A stretch of 64,000 nucleotides of DNA from Lepidodermella squamata (Eukaryota > Animalia > Gastrotricha), in assembly GCA_047495785.1 (NCBI GenBank), contig JBLDXI010000059.1, positions 310,001-374,000 of the forward strand, read 5' to 3'. Shown one piece after another: positions 47,996-60,258 of the stretch. The notes beneath the pieces are model-generated. The model did no database searches. It was not told the origin of the DNA and saw only the letters and a program-made list of their open reading frames with translations. A program made the position numbers and the translations under genes. The first letter of the stretch is position 1. Each line of letters begins with the position of its first letter.

Positions 47996-50900
47996 CATTT
48001 ATTAGAGTGATCAACAGCGCTAATTGTTGATTCATTATCGCTGTCTTTACAAAAAATTATGTCGTCACCTTCATCCTGATCGCTTTGATCGCTTTGATCA
48101 GACCCTGCTGTTTCTACTTCTTGATCGTTATCTTCGCCCATTTCATCATTATCTTCTAATAACGCGGCGGATTTATCATCATCTACCCATGCATCGCTGT
48201 CGTCGTCATCGTCGCTGTCATCACTTGATTGATGCACGGCGGCTACTTGCTGCACTGCGCTATACTTTGTTCGGTTAAATTCGAGTAGTTCTTGGTAATA
48301 TATGTTCTCAGCTGGCTTATCGCGTGATTTTTGGCGAATTTTCGACAAACAAACTACTTGTTTGCAATTTTTAGCTTCTTTGCATGAAATGCATGTAAAA
48401 TAGCTCAAAGCTCGGCATCTGTTGTAGTAATTTATCATTTCTTGTCGAAAAGTTACGCGCAGCGCCTGCTCATTTACGGGCTGACGATTAGACAAATTAA
48501 CGCTACGAATAACGCCTGTCAGTTGCATCTTTTCGCTTATCAGACGATTGAGACCTTCGTTGCCGGCATCGTTGATCATTTTTTCTAAATTACCGATGCG
48601 CTTATTAAGCGAAATTAGCTTATATACACGGTTAACAATGGGGCCCAATTTTTTATAATAATGGCTAGAAATTGCTCGCAGTTTTAGTAGCATTGACGAG
48701 CAATAAGGCGCACAAGGTGAATAACAAATCTGCTTGTGGCCATGTGTTTGTTTTCTGCGGCGGCTTTTACTTTTGCGCGGCTTGTTACGCTTCGCTGCAC
48801 TACTAGCTTGCTCGTTCACGCAACCCTCAGCTCTTTCTTCATCAGTTTGATAAGTACATTTGTCAATGTTTTTCAAATATGCATGCAACTGTTGCCAATC
48901 GCTTATGGCATAGATTGATATTAAAAATTCTAGCATTACTAACCACGCGTCTGCCTCGAAAGGCATTACACATAGCTCCTTACAGCATTCCCAGCAAGCG
49001 ATTGGCGGTTTAGGCTCAACGCGTTTACTACGGCGCCCCATGTTGTTGTCCTTGCTATTTGAACGAGGCTCTAAGCGATAATTCGGATATATGCCGTGCA
49101 CCGCGCCGTTTTCGTCAATACTACAATAAATGCGAACAAATCTCTTCGTGGAGGCAAAATTGCTGCTTCCTGCACGGCCAATGGCGCATCGTTTTCAGCC
49201 ATCATCAGCATCATTGCTTCGTTTGACATAATATTATCAATGGTGGCGGTAGTAGTGCGCGATGGTATCATTGTGTCATAATTTGCTGGGTCAAACGGAT
49301 TGCGCTCATCCACTGTCTCTTCGCTACCATCTACGCTACAGTATTGTAAATGATTTAACGGCGTCGCAATTTCCGAATAAGGTGGTGGTGGTGGATCGTC
49401 ATTTTTAGCGACTTGGCGCGAGCGAAATATGCTCTTTCTCTCATCTTTCGGCAGGTAATCAAATTCGACACTCGCGCGGCTGCACTTATTAACACCGCCG
49501 CCGCCGCCATTTTCCCGTTCATACTGCTTAATTTTTGCGCAGAGGTGTTGATCGAGTGTATTTTGATAACAAAAGTATGGCTCTTGTGTTTGCCTGTGCA
49601 TGCTTTCGCCTAACAATGCCCTAATTTTATCCTCTTCATTTTCGACCGTAGTCGATAGCGGTATGGCTTGCCAAGCGATTTCTCGCAAATTGTTAGCTGC
49701 TTTTAGCTGTTGCTTCTTTAGCTCATGAAGCTCGTACAGGGTAGTTCGTGCTTGATTCTCGGCATCAAACTTGAACGTCGCTTCGCGTTGCTTTTTAGAA
49801 AGACGTGGCGTTGACACCGCGTTGTTTTTAATAGTCGGCGAGTTTTGCGAAATTTGCTCGTTGCCTAAAGCTACATGTTGTAATTGCAACAATTCACACG
49901 TTGTGTCACCCGCTATCATGGAAGCGCCACTGGAAGACTCCGGCAACAAAACGGCCGAGTTTTCTCGGTCGTCAGTTGTAACAACCGTGTCACGTGATGG
50001 AATGTCAGTTCTACTCGCCTGAGCTTCCGATTCATGTGTGCTATCAGCAGCAATAGCTACCTATATCTGATGGGCTGCCGCTCGTCAGCATTCTATTAGC
50101 CTTGTAGCCAAAGGTTCATGGTGAAATAATGTTCAAGCATTTATCACGGAGAACACCACGGCTGCTTTCACGGCGTTCTTTATCGGAGGCTGGTGATGAA
50201 GGAATAATATTCACACATTTATCACTGAGAACGCCAACGCTGCTATCACCGCTTTCTTTATTATTATAATTTTCTTGTCTCATTTCAACTTCATCTGCTG
50301 CGTTCGGCTCTGTCGGTTCAAAATATTCAAACACGCTAAAATTATCAGCTTCATTATCGTCCGGAAGTTTATCACAGGCGATACATGTGTCATCGTCATC
50401 ACTTTTACTTGTGTTTTCTGATTTTTTATTCTTCAAATCTTCTCTCATCCGATCGGTTAATTTTATTTGCAATTCTGACAATTTTTTCCGCATATCTCTA
50501 TTATAATTTCTGTTTTTTAATAGGCAAGTTTCATAAAAAGGAATTTTACGAAGCATCATAGCTTTCTCCACTACGGTGAGACTCTTGTCCTGCATGATGT
50601 CCTCAATTTTGCTGTGCCGCTCGTTTTGTCGTTTGCGCTTCCTTGCCACCTTGCTATGCGCTGATTTCACCGCCGCAGGGGAACTAGCCGGCTTGGGCTT
50701 GTCCTTGTCAGATGGCAATATCGTCGAGCTGTCGTTGTCATCACTCGAACAAGTGTCGAACAGAAAGTCGCTATCGTCATCCACCTCATCCTCATCTGTC
50801 ACGACGTGCCCGTCATTTTTACGGTTCGGTTTAACACTGCGTTTTTCATTTGTTTTTACGGCATCTTTCATTTTCTGACGCTTAGACGCTGATGCGCTGC

Positions 50901-51579
50901 CACAATAACGACGCCGTTTCGAAGCCGGCAGCGATTTCTTACCATGTTTAGCCGAGCGGCTGCTCTCATCTCGCACCGCATCTTCGCGTGATGATGACTC
51001 TACCGCGACGACGGCGATGCCATCACCATCATCATCATCATCGCTGTTATCGGCTTCATTCACAGCCGGCTCATAGCTGTCATTGTCACAATTTGACGCG
51101 AGAACACTGTACGGAGTTTCGTCTTCAATTAGATAGAGACCGGCCTCGATTAGATTGATCGTGTCTATCGATGTTCTGCCGCGACGTGTTTCGTTGTCGT
51201 TATTCGACGACGCCGGAATGCTACTAACCTTGGATGTCGCGCTGTTATCAGCGGTAGCACCGGTGTCTTTACGTTGCTTCCGACTACGGGTTGAACTGAC
51301 GACAAATTGAAAATCATCATCGGCGGCAGACTGACCGGTGCCAGCCTGTTGCTGATTACCTTCTTTATCAGCAGCTCTCTGGCGTTTCGTGTTCGCGCTA
51401 CTTGAGCTCACATCGCTCGGCTTGGTCGCCGATTTCTTCTCATTCTCTCGGCTTATGGCAGGATCACTCATCTTCGAGGGTCCTGAAAATGGCGGTCTGC
51501 TGCTGCTGCTGGTGACGCCGCCGGCGCCCGTTGAAAGCCCGCGAGGAAGCGCAGGTTGATACGCTCGGTTGTTCGCCGC

Positions 51580-53658
51580 CTACGAACTGGCGCTTTCGGC
51601 ATCCAAACGTTCGTACATGAACAAGTACGGCTGGGCGTCATACAGCCCGGTATTATCTTTATTCAGCCGAATGTTGTTATTGAAATCGACGACTACTGGC
51701 CGGTGGCTATCATCTGCTCGCCACCACAAGCCATCTCTGCGTCGCAAGTACACAAAGTAATGGCCGCTATGCATCGACCCGCCGCGATGGCAAATAACAC
51801 CTGACATGCGATATCGAACTCTGCTGCCATCACGCATGGGAAGGTAAAAGTACTCGTTAAAGTCCACCATTGCTGTGACTTTATATTCAATAGTGTTGAC
51901 AATTCTTTTGACGCCATTTGTTTCTTGGAAAATATCTCTTCTCATTGATCTTTTTTGTTGAATCAATAAATTTTCCGGGGCTTTCACAATTTTGAGTGCA
52001 TTTTTCAGCTTGCCACCGCATGCTAAACAAAAGCTAACTTTATCCGGGTAACACGGGTCTAAAATGGCGCGCAAGCTTTCGTCCATTGTTCGGTAATTCT
52101 TAGCTTTTACCTTCTCGCAGGCGTCAATCGCTACTGGAACTTGAATGTCATTGAAAATATTGCTAGGTGTTTGCACGGATTCACGGTTACACTGATCACA
52201 CACCGACACGCCAATTTGTTGCCCTGTAAAGCTGTTCAATTCCGAGCCTATCCAATCAGTGTCACCTAATAGGGCTGTTATTATGTCATGCACATCGTTC
52301 TGCTGCGATGGATCATATGTCAGACGGTCGGTGATGAGAGTTGCGAAGCCGTCACAAACGGGCGTTATATTAGGCGCCATGTCGCCAACAGAGTTGACAT
52401 AGCCCAGCACGAATTGGCGAAATGCTTGTCGCAAGCAAGTTTTGCGTTTCTCATTGTTATCGACAGTCAGTAAAGGCAGGCATGCCAAGCAAAAGCATTG
52501 ATTTGACTCGCAATACTTGCCCTTTACAACTTGTTCGACAAATCCTGGGCAATTTAACAGCAGTTGCACAACCGAAATGTCGCAACACTGAACGCTAGTG
52601 TTATTGCGCACAGGCAACAACTTTTGCGGTGTGTAATCAATACCTCTGCTGCTGCTGCTGCTGCTGCTGTGACTGTGATCATCTATAACACTGGCTGTGG
52701 CGTTATATGACGACGATGACGATGATGCTGCTGCTGCAGAGGAAGCCTGCTCATTTCGCTCAATTCTGTTAGCTCCAAAGCAATTATCGGCAACTCCTAT
52801 ATTACACGAGTTTACCTCAACAAAAACACCATTGACACGGGTAGTGCTCTCAGATGATTTTTTATTCGATTCAAAATTATTAATGTAATCATCATCATCA
52901 TAATCAAAATCACGATTAGGAGGCGCGTAAAAGACATCGCCATCAAGATACGGCAACTCGTCGTCATTTTCAGCATGAAAAATAATGCCGCCGCCACCGC
53001 AGTCGCCACTTTCCGTCATCACATTACTGCAGCTAGCATCAGACGGCGGTAAATCAATCAACGGCAAATCATCATCCTCATCATTGTTCAATATCGCAAC
53101 AGCCTCACGAGCGTTAGAACTAGCTAAACATTCCGGCTGCTGAGTGGCGCTCTCGGCGTTTCGCTCAGGCAGTTTTGGCAAGGCTGGCGATGCTGATGAT
53201 GATGATGTTAAAGGAAGATCTTCCGGCCCCATTGTGACAAACCTTAGAACGGGCTTGCTACCTGAAGCCTCTTCACGTTGAACAGGAGTCAGCATAAAAA
53301 CTTTCAATGCCTGTTCTTTGCTTTGGGCAATAGGTGCCTTCGAATTACATATGGCTAGTCCCAAATCGGCAAGTGTCAATCGAATACCCTCACTCGATGG
53401 ATTAGAAGGCAAACTAGCATGAGTGAGGTTTTGTTTAACCGCCTGCGCATAGCCTGAGATGCTAGTTGGCTGCGCTGGGAGACTGGCGGTAGCGTTTTGG
53501 ACGCAATTTTCGGCCACGTTTACAAATTCACCGCTGTTAGCCGCTGTTCCTGTTTCAGAAGCAACCGGAACAGAACTATGCATAGCGGCACCACCACTGC
53601 CCTTATGTGCATCAACATGACCGGCTTTTACACTTGCGGCTTGCGGGATTAGAACCAC
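51580..53658 (-). CDS. Ubiquitin-specific protease (peptidase C19/USP) domain protein within the Helitron
   Basis: Cys box NTSVQCCDISVVQLL, QQNDVHD, CDQC/CLAC Zn ribbon, APENLLIQQKR, His box GVICHRGGSMHSGHYFVY...WWRADDS, PYLFMYER. Confidence 0.9.
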   Translation of the reverse strand: MVLIPQAASVKAGHVDAHKGSGGAAMHSSVPVASETGTAANSGEFVNVAENCVQNATASLPAQPTSISGYAQAVKQNLTHASLPSNPSSEGIRLTLADLGLAICNSKAPIAQSKEQALKVFMLTPVQREEASGSKPVLRFVTMGPEDLPLTSSSSASPALPKLPERNAESATQQPECLASSNAREAVAILNNDEDDDLPLIDLPPSDASCSNVMTESGDCGGGGIIFHAENDDELPYLDGDVFYAPPNRDFDYDDDDYINNFESNKKSSESTTRVNGVFVEVNSCNIGVADNCFGANRIERNEQASSAAAASSSSSSYNATASVIDDHSHSSSSSSSRGIDYTPQKLLPVRNNTSVQCCDISVVQLLLNCPGFVEQVVKGKYCESNQCFCLACLPLLTVDNNEKRKTCLRQAFRQFVLGYVNSVGDMAPNITPVCDGFATLITDRLTYDPSQQNDVHDIITALLGDTDWIGSELNSFTGQQIGVSVCDQCNRESVQTPSNIFNDIQVPVAIDACEKVKAKNYRTMDESLRAILDPCYPDKVSFCLACGGKLKNALKIVKAPENLLIQQKRSMRRDIFQETNGVKRIVNTIEYKVTAMVDFNEYFYLPMRDGSRVRYRMSGVICHRGGSMHSGHYFVYLRRRDGLWWRADDSHRPVVVDFNNNIRLNKDNTGLYDAQPYLFMYERLDAESASS

Positions 53659-55094
53659 CGCCGCCGGCTAGCCCTTTGTGGATTTTTTTTTAAGAAACGA
53701 GCGCTTCTTTACTCTTACCAGAAGACGTGCGAGTTTTCGACAACTCGGCGTCAACTTCCTCCTTCCGCCAGAGAAACGCGCAAAGCGAAATTTTATGACT
53801 ATTTAAGTGATAGACACTCGCCAAACGCAACCTGTCATTATGACTTAAAAAACGCGACACGAAAATGCCTTCATACTTATTACTTATTATAACAGCGTCC
53901 GTAGTTTTTGGCGGAATATCCAAGAGTTCTGGCAACTTCAGTAGGTAAGTAGTACGACTCATTACCAAGATTAATGACGCTCAATACACCCTGAGACATT
54001 GCTGTTCAATCGATCAATAAATCAATCAGTAAAGCAATCAAGTAGCAATCTGGTTTAAAGAAGAGTGTTCTAAACACTGTATTTAGACCTGAATAAAAAC
54101 TAGCAGTAACACAACTACGCGCCTAGTTACTCGTGAACCTGTAAAAAAAAATAACCGATATGCGGCACAAAATTAGAAATATATCAATTATGCGGAAGTA
54201 TAACGTAAGTTGTAAGCTGAACAAATAGAATTCAGAAAGGAAATGACAATCTTCAAAAAGAATCAGTCAAATGGAGATACAATCGAGAAGCAAAAAGCAA
54301 ACTTTCAACAAGCACAAGTCAGCGAGAGTCAGCGAGAGGAACGCGTAACGGTTTTCTTTCGCCCCGCCGCGATGAGAGCCCCGAGAGCAAAAGCGAGGAA
54401 ATATTTTTATACCGCCAAAATAATTTAAAAAGTTTTGGAATAATAATTATAATGCAATTATAATTTTTAAATAATTATTTTTTAAAACAAATGTAGAAAT
54501 AGCTTCCTCACGGATCAGCCCTGAGAGCGCTTATAGAGCGAAATACAAAACGGCAGGGGGTACCTTCATTTTTAGAAAACCATGGAAAAATGTCCTTTGC
54601 GCGGCAACCCAAAAGTACAAGTTACCTGAGGAATTTTCCCAATTAACTTATACCATTAGATAGCTGAGATCATTAGCTAGCTGATGGTATAATTTTTTCT
54701 CGATATATCTCATTCCAAGGTCCTGGTCCTCGATCCTAAAGTTGGGTCATTTTTGGCGAAAAAATTTCTACCTGGCCCAAGTGTATATATAGGGGGTAGG
54801 GGGCAAACGGTGTGCCTCTTTTCTTTCATCCTGGGCTATGTCCCTTTCGCCGCTGTCCTTTCCAGACCCTCTCCATTCTTCGGAGGGCACTACCGTGCCC
54901 CCGCAATTTGTGGGCAGTAGGACAAGATATGTCTTTACCAAGGTCCGGAGTACTACACATTTCCAACGGTGATGTAACCATTGCTCTACTTTGTCTTTGC
55001 GATGTATTTATTGCGCTGTTTCCTTGAGAAGCATTCATTTTGGTTAGTATTTCTTCTAGGTTATTATAATATCGCTGCGTTGGTTTATTACAAC

Positions 55095-55598
55095 ATGAAC
55101 GTCATCATTTTATTGTCCTGTTTCATGAGCTTCGTAATCGATGTTTTGTCGACTTCAGCATCCAACATCATTTGTCGAAAATGTGGCTTGAATATAACTG
55201 ATTCCTCTTTGCTCTTCAATTTACCCTCGGATGTGGCTCGTGATGCCAGCGAGAAGCGCATGTATTACAAAAGTGACGTTTTGACTCAGTTATTTCGTAA
55301 CCCTCAAGGCAAATATTTCGAGCTTGTTACAACAACTCGAGCTAATCTGAAATGCAATAAGCATGCTTCTTCAGAGAATACATTCTTCGAAGGTTACGCC
55401 TGGACCCCCTGTGTTTGTCATCATTGCGGAGTATTCCATGGATGGCTTTTTACTTCGACGAAAGATCCTGAGGGCCACTGTGACGCTTCCAAGACGAAAA
55501 ATTGCGATGCTCCCACGGCTTTTTATGGTCTTGCGATTGATGATTTGGTTCATAAGTCTGATTATGATCTTCTAAAGGGCATCAAGCAGGACTTGTAA
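55095..55598 (+). CDS. Signal-peptide CULT-domain (cereblon thalidomide-binding domain) protein, intronless
   Basis: Hydrophobic N-terminus; CRKC, FRNPQG, TFFEGYAW, CHHC, HGWLF and FYGL match the CULT consensus. No LON domain, so it is not CRBN itself. Confidence 0.88.
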   Translation: MNVIILLSCFMSFVIDVLSTSASNIICRKCGLNITDSSLLFNLPSDVARDASEKRMYYKSDVLTQLFRNPQGKYFELVTTTRANLKCNKHASSENTFFEGYAWTPCVCHHCGVFHGWLFTSTKDPEGHCDASKTKNCDAPTAFYGLAIDDLVHKSDYDLLKGIKQDL

Positions 55599-56924
55599 CC
55601 GTCGAAATTTGCGAACAAATACCTATGAAGTGCATCTCTTGCATATTTGAAAGCTTTCAATTTACATTAACTGTGACTATCATTGCTTCAAAATTTTGTT
55701 TATTGTTCATTCTTCAAATCCATTCTGGACGCACATTTCGCGCGGAAGTTTTTCTATAAAATATTTATCTTCTCAACTTTCCACTTTTTTAGATTGTTTT
55801 TAGCGTTCAGTGTTGAATAACCGGCCATGAAAGTAAGGTTCAACGCCGCTATGTACCCGCGAATTCACTTGGCGTGCATATACGCTACTGATAAAAAGCT
55901 CGGCTTTGTTGCAGAGGAAACCGCCACGACTTCCATTTCCCTTATCAACGGCTCGACTAAGTACGTTTTTAATTGTTGTATATCCTCCCTTTACTTGCTG
56001 CAATTTACACAGAGATTATGATGGAAAAAACGAACTCGCAGCTTTGGTGGACATTGGTCAGTGCTTGGGCTTGCTTCCTAAAGATGGCACTATTATTCAT
56101 ATCACTGAGGTAAGTATTGATAAATCAAATATCGTTAGGGACGCGCCAAAACAACCACTTAGATGATTCATCGAACATACTTATGAACGTAACGTAATTT
56201 AGCTAGTACGTTCAGTTTTTTCATGACCTGAACATCATTCGGTTTACGATCGACATGCAAGCGATTTTACGAGTCGAGGATAATCAACAAGTAAGATATT
56301 TTACGATTTGAATTTAAAACGCGTGTACGATAGGGTCGTGAACAATGTTTACTGTCTAGATGTACCGTTAACTGGGGTGGCTTTGGGCGGTGGGTTGACT
56401 TTGACGTACCGAAATGGGGTAACTCTATTAGCATCACGTGACCTGAAAAAAACATACAGATCACATGAATTTATTCAATAAACCTTCTCATTATTTTGTT
56501 AGCCAATAACACCAATTTTGAACGTTTATTTGGCCCTAATTGCCTAGTTGAATGTGAGCCTACTTTGTGTCGATGTAATGTAATTTTAAGACAGCAATTT
56601 TTTCACCGGATTTCAGCCTCCTGTCAGGTTAGCCTCATGTTTAAGGTAAAAACAAGAACACAAGAGTAAAAAATTAATTTTAACAAAGCAAAAAATTGTC
56701 TCAGCTCTCTGGAATAGAAAGACATGTCGTCGTGTATAGCGACAATTGCACGGAAATCACAGTGAGCATAGACGAAGTGGCACATGTCGTATAAATGTAC
56801 ATTCTGAGGTAAAGCGAGGTTTTGTATGAACCGGTTAGCCGGCATTTCGTAAACCAAGGTAGAAGGTTTTGTAATACTAAAATCTCGCACCGCTACTTTA
56901 ATATGAGAATATATTGCATCGCGC

Positions 56925-58810
56925 TTAGGCTAAATTATCACAAATCCTAATATCAATCAACTGTAAAACCAGGCCGCGACAGCTGATTGTCGTTGACAAA
57001 TTTTTGAGCATGGGAACCGCTTTCCCATCAGCGAAAATGTCGCGTACAGAAAAATAATGGTTTTTAATATAGGCAACATGTGCTACGTTGTCCGGGTCTT
57101 TCGGCGACATATTTTCGTATCGAGTAGAGTAGTTAAAGCAGTGCACGATAATTTCGATTCGCTGGGCTCGGGAAGCAGCCAGGATACACTTCTGATCTGC
57201 CCATGTCCTGCCTTTGCTCTGCTCGGCTACTGTTAAAGTGACACAATTTATGACTGAAAACATTTATGATTTATGGAAATGTTGACTTTGATGGGTAAAT
57301 GGCATTTCTACGTCTTCATTTGCGACAACGTCTCCCGCTTCAGGTACGACACTGTTGAATCCTTGAAGCTCGTTGTAATCAAGTTTCATTCGATCTGCGG
57401 TGTTAATTCGGATTTGCTTGACGAGTGCGGGTGAAAGGCACTCTATTGTTTCATCAGCGGAATGTCTTTTTCCATCAGCAAAATGTCATTTTTATCAGCG
57501 TACGAAGTGTTTTTCATCAGCCTACTAAAAAGTGTCACTTTTCATCAGCAAAATGTTTTATTTCATCAGCGGATTGCCAACCTGACGGAACAGCCATCAG
57601 ATTTGGCTGTAATGGCAGATCAACTACAGGGACAATGACTAAAGGGGTGGTACCAGACATTGGCAGAGTCAGGGATAGTCAAGGCTGGGGTTCGATTGAT
57701 TTATAGCGGTTTGCTAATAGTCATGCGATTGCAATCGATTGCCTAGTTGCGAAACATGCTCAACTTCAGCTGAGTACTCATTTGTGTAAGTTACTAACGC
57801 AAAGAAGTGAAGGCTGTACAGTAAATTATTACCGCGCTAGAAGCCACTAATTATTGCTCGCTTTTTGTGACATTCACTATACCTGTGCCGATTTATGTTA
57901 TAATTGAAGAGTATTAAGGCTCTAAAGTTTGCATTTCGCATTAGTTAATCATTTAATCCTTCAATCCACGGGCGAGGCTAAGATACGTGAGGGCGTCCGC
58001 CGCGTGTGACACAGCGCCCAGGTAACTATTTGTTTACCGCCGGAATGATCCACACGGATCAATGGGGCACCATAATGTTGCGGAAAAGGGTAGAAGAAGC
58101 GCTGATGATAAGTACACTTTCTGCCAAAAAGACCCGGCCACGCTAGTTGTTGATGATTCTAGTGGATCTAGGCGATCTATTCAATCGCCTTCATTATAAC
58201 CGATAGATTAGGTACTACATTTTAAGGAGCATTTTGAGCGCAAGAACGAAGAACCACATGATTCTAGCATGAAATTGGCCTAGGTTGGCCAACCAATTAT
58301 TGCTGATATTAGTTATCGATTGATCGATTATCGGTGAATATCCGGGTGGCATCTCTTCTCCAGGTAACAGTTTCTTTCAATTGAGTTAAATAGAAAGAAT
58401 TGATCAACAACGGGACAAAAAATTAGGCAGGTAAGCTAGCTGGCGCTGTTGATTCGGGGCTGCTGATAGAAAATGACATGTCGCTGATAAAAAATGATAT
58501 TATGCTGACATAAAATGACGAAATTTATCGCTGATGAAAAATGATATTTTTTGGCTGATGAAAACCAACATTTCGCTGATGGAAAAAGTTTTCCCCGGGT
58601 GAAATAACTCAAAAATTTGATCACAGAGGGCCTCGTAAAAGCGATCGCCGCGCCCTGCAACATCCTTGAGCATACACCCGACAGGCAGCAGCCGTTCACT
58701 CAAGGTGGCTTGCTGTTTAGCGATCTCTTCGGTTTCCTTGGCCTCCGCTTTAGCTTTCGCTTCGGCACCTTCAAAATCGCCGCTGTAAACGAGCGCCATG
58801 TCTTCGGCGG
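56925..58810 (-). pseudogene. OTU-family deubiquitinase pseudogene split by a MULE-type insertion
   Basis: LKDVAGRGDRFYEALCDQI (GDC to GDR); then ALVKQIRINTADRM; then WADQKCILAAS..IEIIVH..AHVAYIKNHYFSV (OTU His loop). Confidence 0.7.
57437..58595. mobile_element. Mutator-like non-autonomous element
   Basis: 9-bp TSD CGGGTGAAA (57428-36, 58596-604), G..C ends, inverted arrays of TTTCATCAGC repeats. Confidence 0.8.
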
Positions 58811-58819
58811 GTAGACCGT

Positions 58820-59420
58820 CTTGTCTATTCCTCCAAGGAAAATAAGCCACATCCAACGGCTGGCTAATATGCGTCGAGGTTGGTGGTAGCAGGGCAAAAT
58901 GAATTCCGTGTTGCTCAACCAAAGCCTTGGTATTGATGTACACCGGTAGATTGTCGCCAATTAACACTTTGTGCCCTCTTTCCTTTTCAAAATACGGGAC
59001 AACAATGGCTTCCAACCAATCGTAAAAGATGTCACTCTCAAACCACCCAGACTTGGTGCAGGTGAAGTGCGTGTCCTCTGGTGCGCAGGCGCTCCAGTTG
59101 GAATATACATGCTTGCTCTTATAGCACACGTACATGGGTAATAAAAATCCGCTGGTGCTACCAGCAACCATCAGAGACGCCGCCGACTTGGACTCCGTCA
59201 TAACTCTGTGAGGAGTTTTGTCGTCCGCGGCAAATATAAGGAACGTCGACCAGGGTCGTCCTGAAGATTTGTTTCGTCATAGTTTACTAGGCAATCTGGC
59301 TCGACGCCGAGCAAAACTACTGCGATGTTGTTGAAGTTTTGACGAAATCTTCAGGCGACAGCATTGCGCGTTTCACATTCAGATTACTGCCGATCTTTTG
59401 TCGAATTCTTTCTCGATTAC
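58820..59420 (-). mobile_element. pogo/Tigger-like DDE transposase fragment
   Basis: NYDETN upstream, LLPMYVCYK, TKSGWF, KVLIGDN, LLPPTSTHISQPLDVAYF. Confidence 0.85.
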
Positions 59421-60258
59421 GATGCTTTCTCGATACGATTTACGATTAATACCAGTACTTAGCTACTACGAAGTGAGCATAGACAACAAATACGATTGAT
59501 TCGTACTAAACTTTTACTTTTAATCTATCCGTGGCGCGTTACTTTCAAGAATTACAGCGAAAAGCAACGCGTTACTTTCGAGGCGATTTTCACCTGCGTT
59601 GTCAAGGAAACACGTCTAATATTAGACTGCCCTACACCTGCTTCCCCTGCTGCTGCTGCTACTGCTTCTGCTGCATATATAGGCGTTATAATAGCAATCA
59701 TAAAAAACGGACGAACTGTTACAGAAAATCATTTATTGGTTTGCAAATTCTTAGGACGACAGATAGACTGGTGGTAACATTAAAAAGAGAACAAGAACAA
59801 GTCTCAGTGATAGTTATTATTGAATTTTGAATTCGGGTGGCGGGTCTTATTGATAGTTGATTGGACATTTACATTTTCGTAACGCGGTCCTGCCTTTAAT
59901 TTTATTAATTCCACCCATTTGTAACGCGTTACTTTTAGTTTCCAACCACAGAACGCGCCACTTTTGTATTTTGTTCATTATCCTTTCTCATGTAACGCGT
60001 TATTTTTGCTTCACTGTATTGGAATTAATACGGTATTCAATTTTCTGGGAACAAAGACTTTTAATCTTCATCAGAGCTATCATCATCAACCGCAGCTTTT
60101 GTTCGCTGTTTCTGCTCTAAAGAGGTTGAACTAGTTTCAGCGTCAACAATGGGTAGAGATTCATGTTTTCCTCATAGCTATTCGGAATTATCGACATCTC
60201 CAGCATGCCCAACAAATCCTTTTTCAAGACTATTTACAAACATCGGGGTTTAGAATAC

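Larger units (their letters stand above)
39205..53968 (-). mobile_element. Helitron2/Helentron-like rolling-circle element, disrupted; termini not resolved
   Basis: Rep motifs GPATFFMTYNP, EEQQRGIPHFH (HUH), HNCNSYC, CRFAFP, INDYN, YVTVGYSTK and LLMLFKPWR; full PIF1 helicase; long homopolymeric amino-acid tracts. Confidence 0.9.

Noticed and set aside
57448-57575. Regularly spaced TTTCATCAGC repeats
   Set aside because: Subterminal array of the 9-bp-TSD element, inverted at 58460-58590.
58500-59201. Functional pogo-OTU fusion protein
   Set aside because: Both parts are truncated and mutated; the in-frame junction is most simply a chance result of deletion or insertion.
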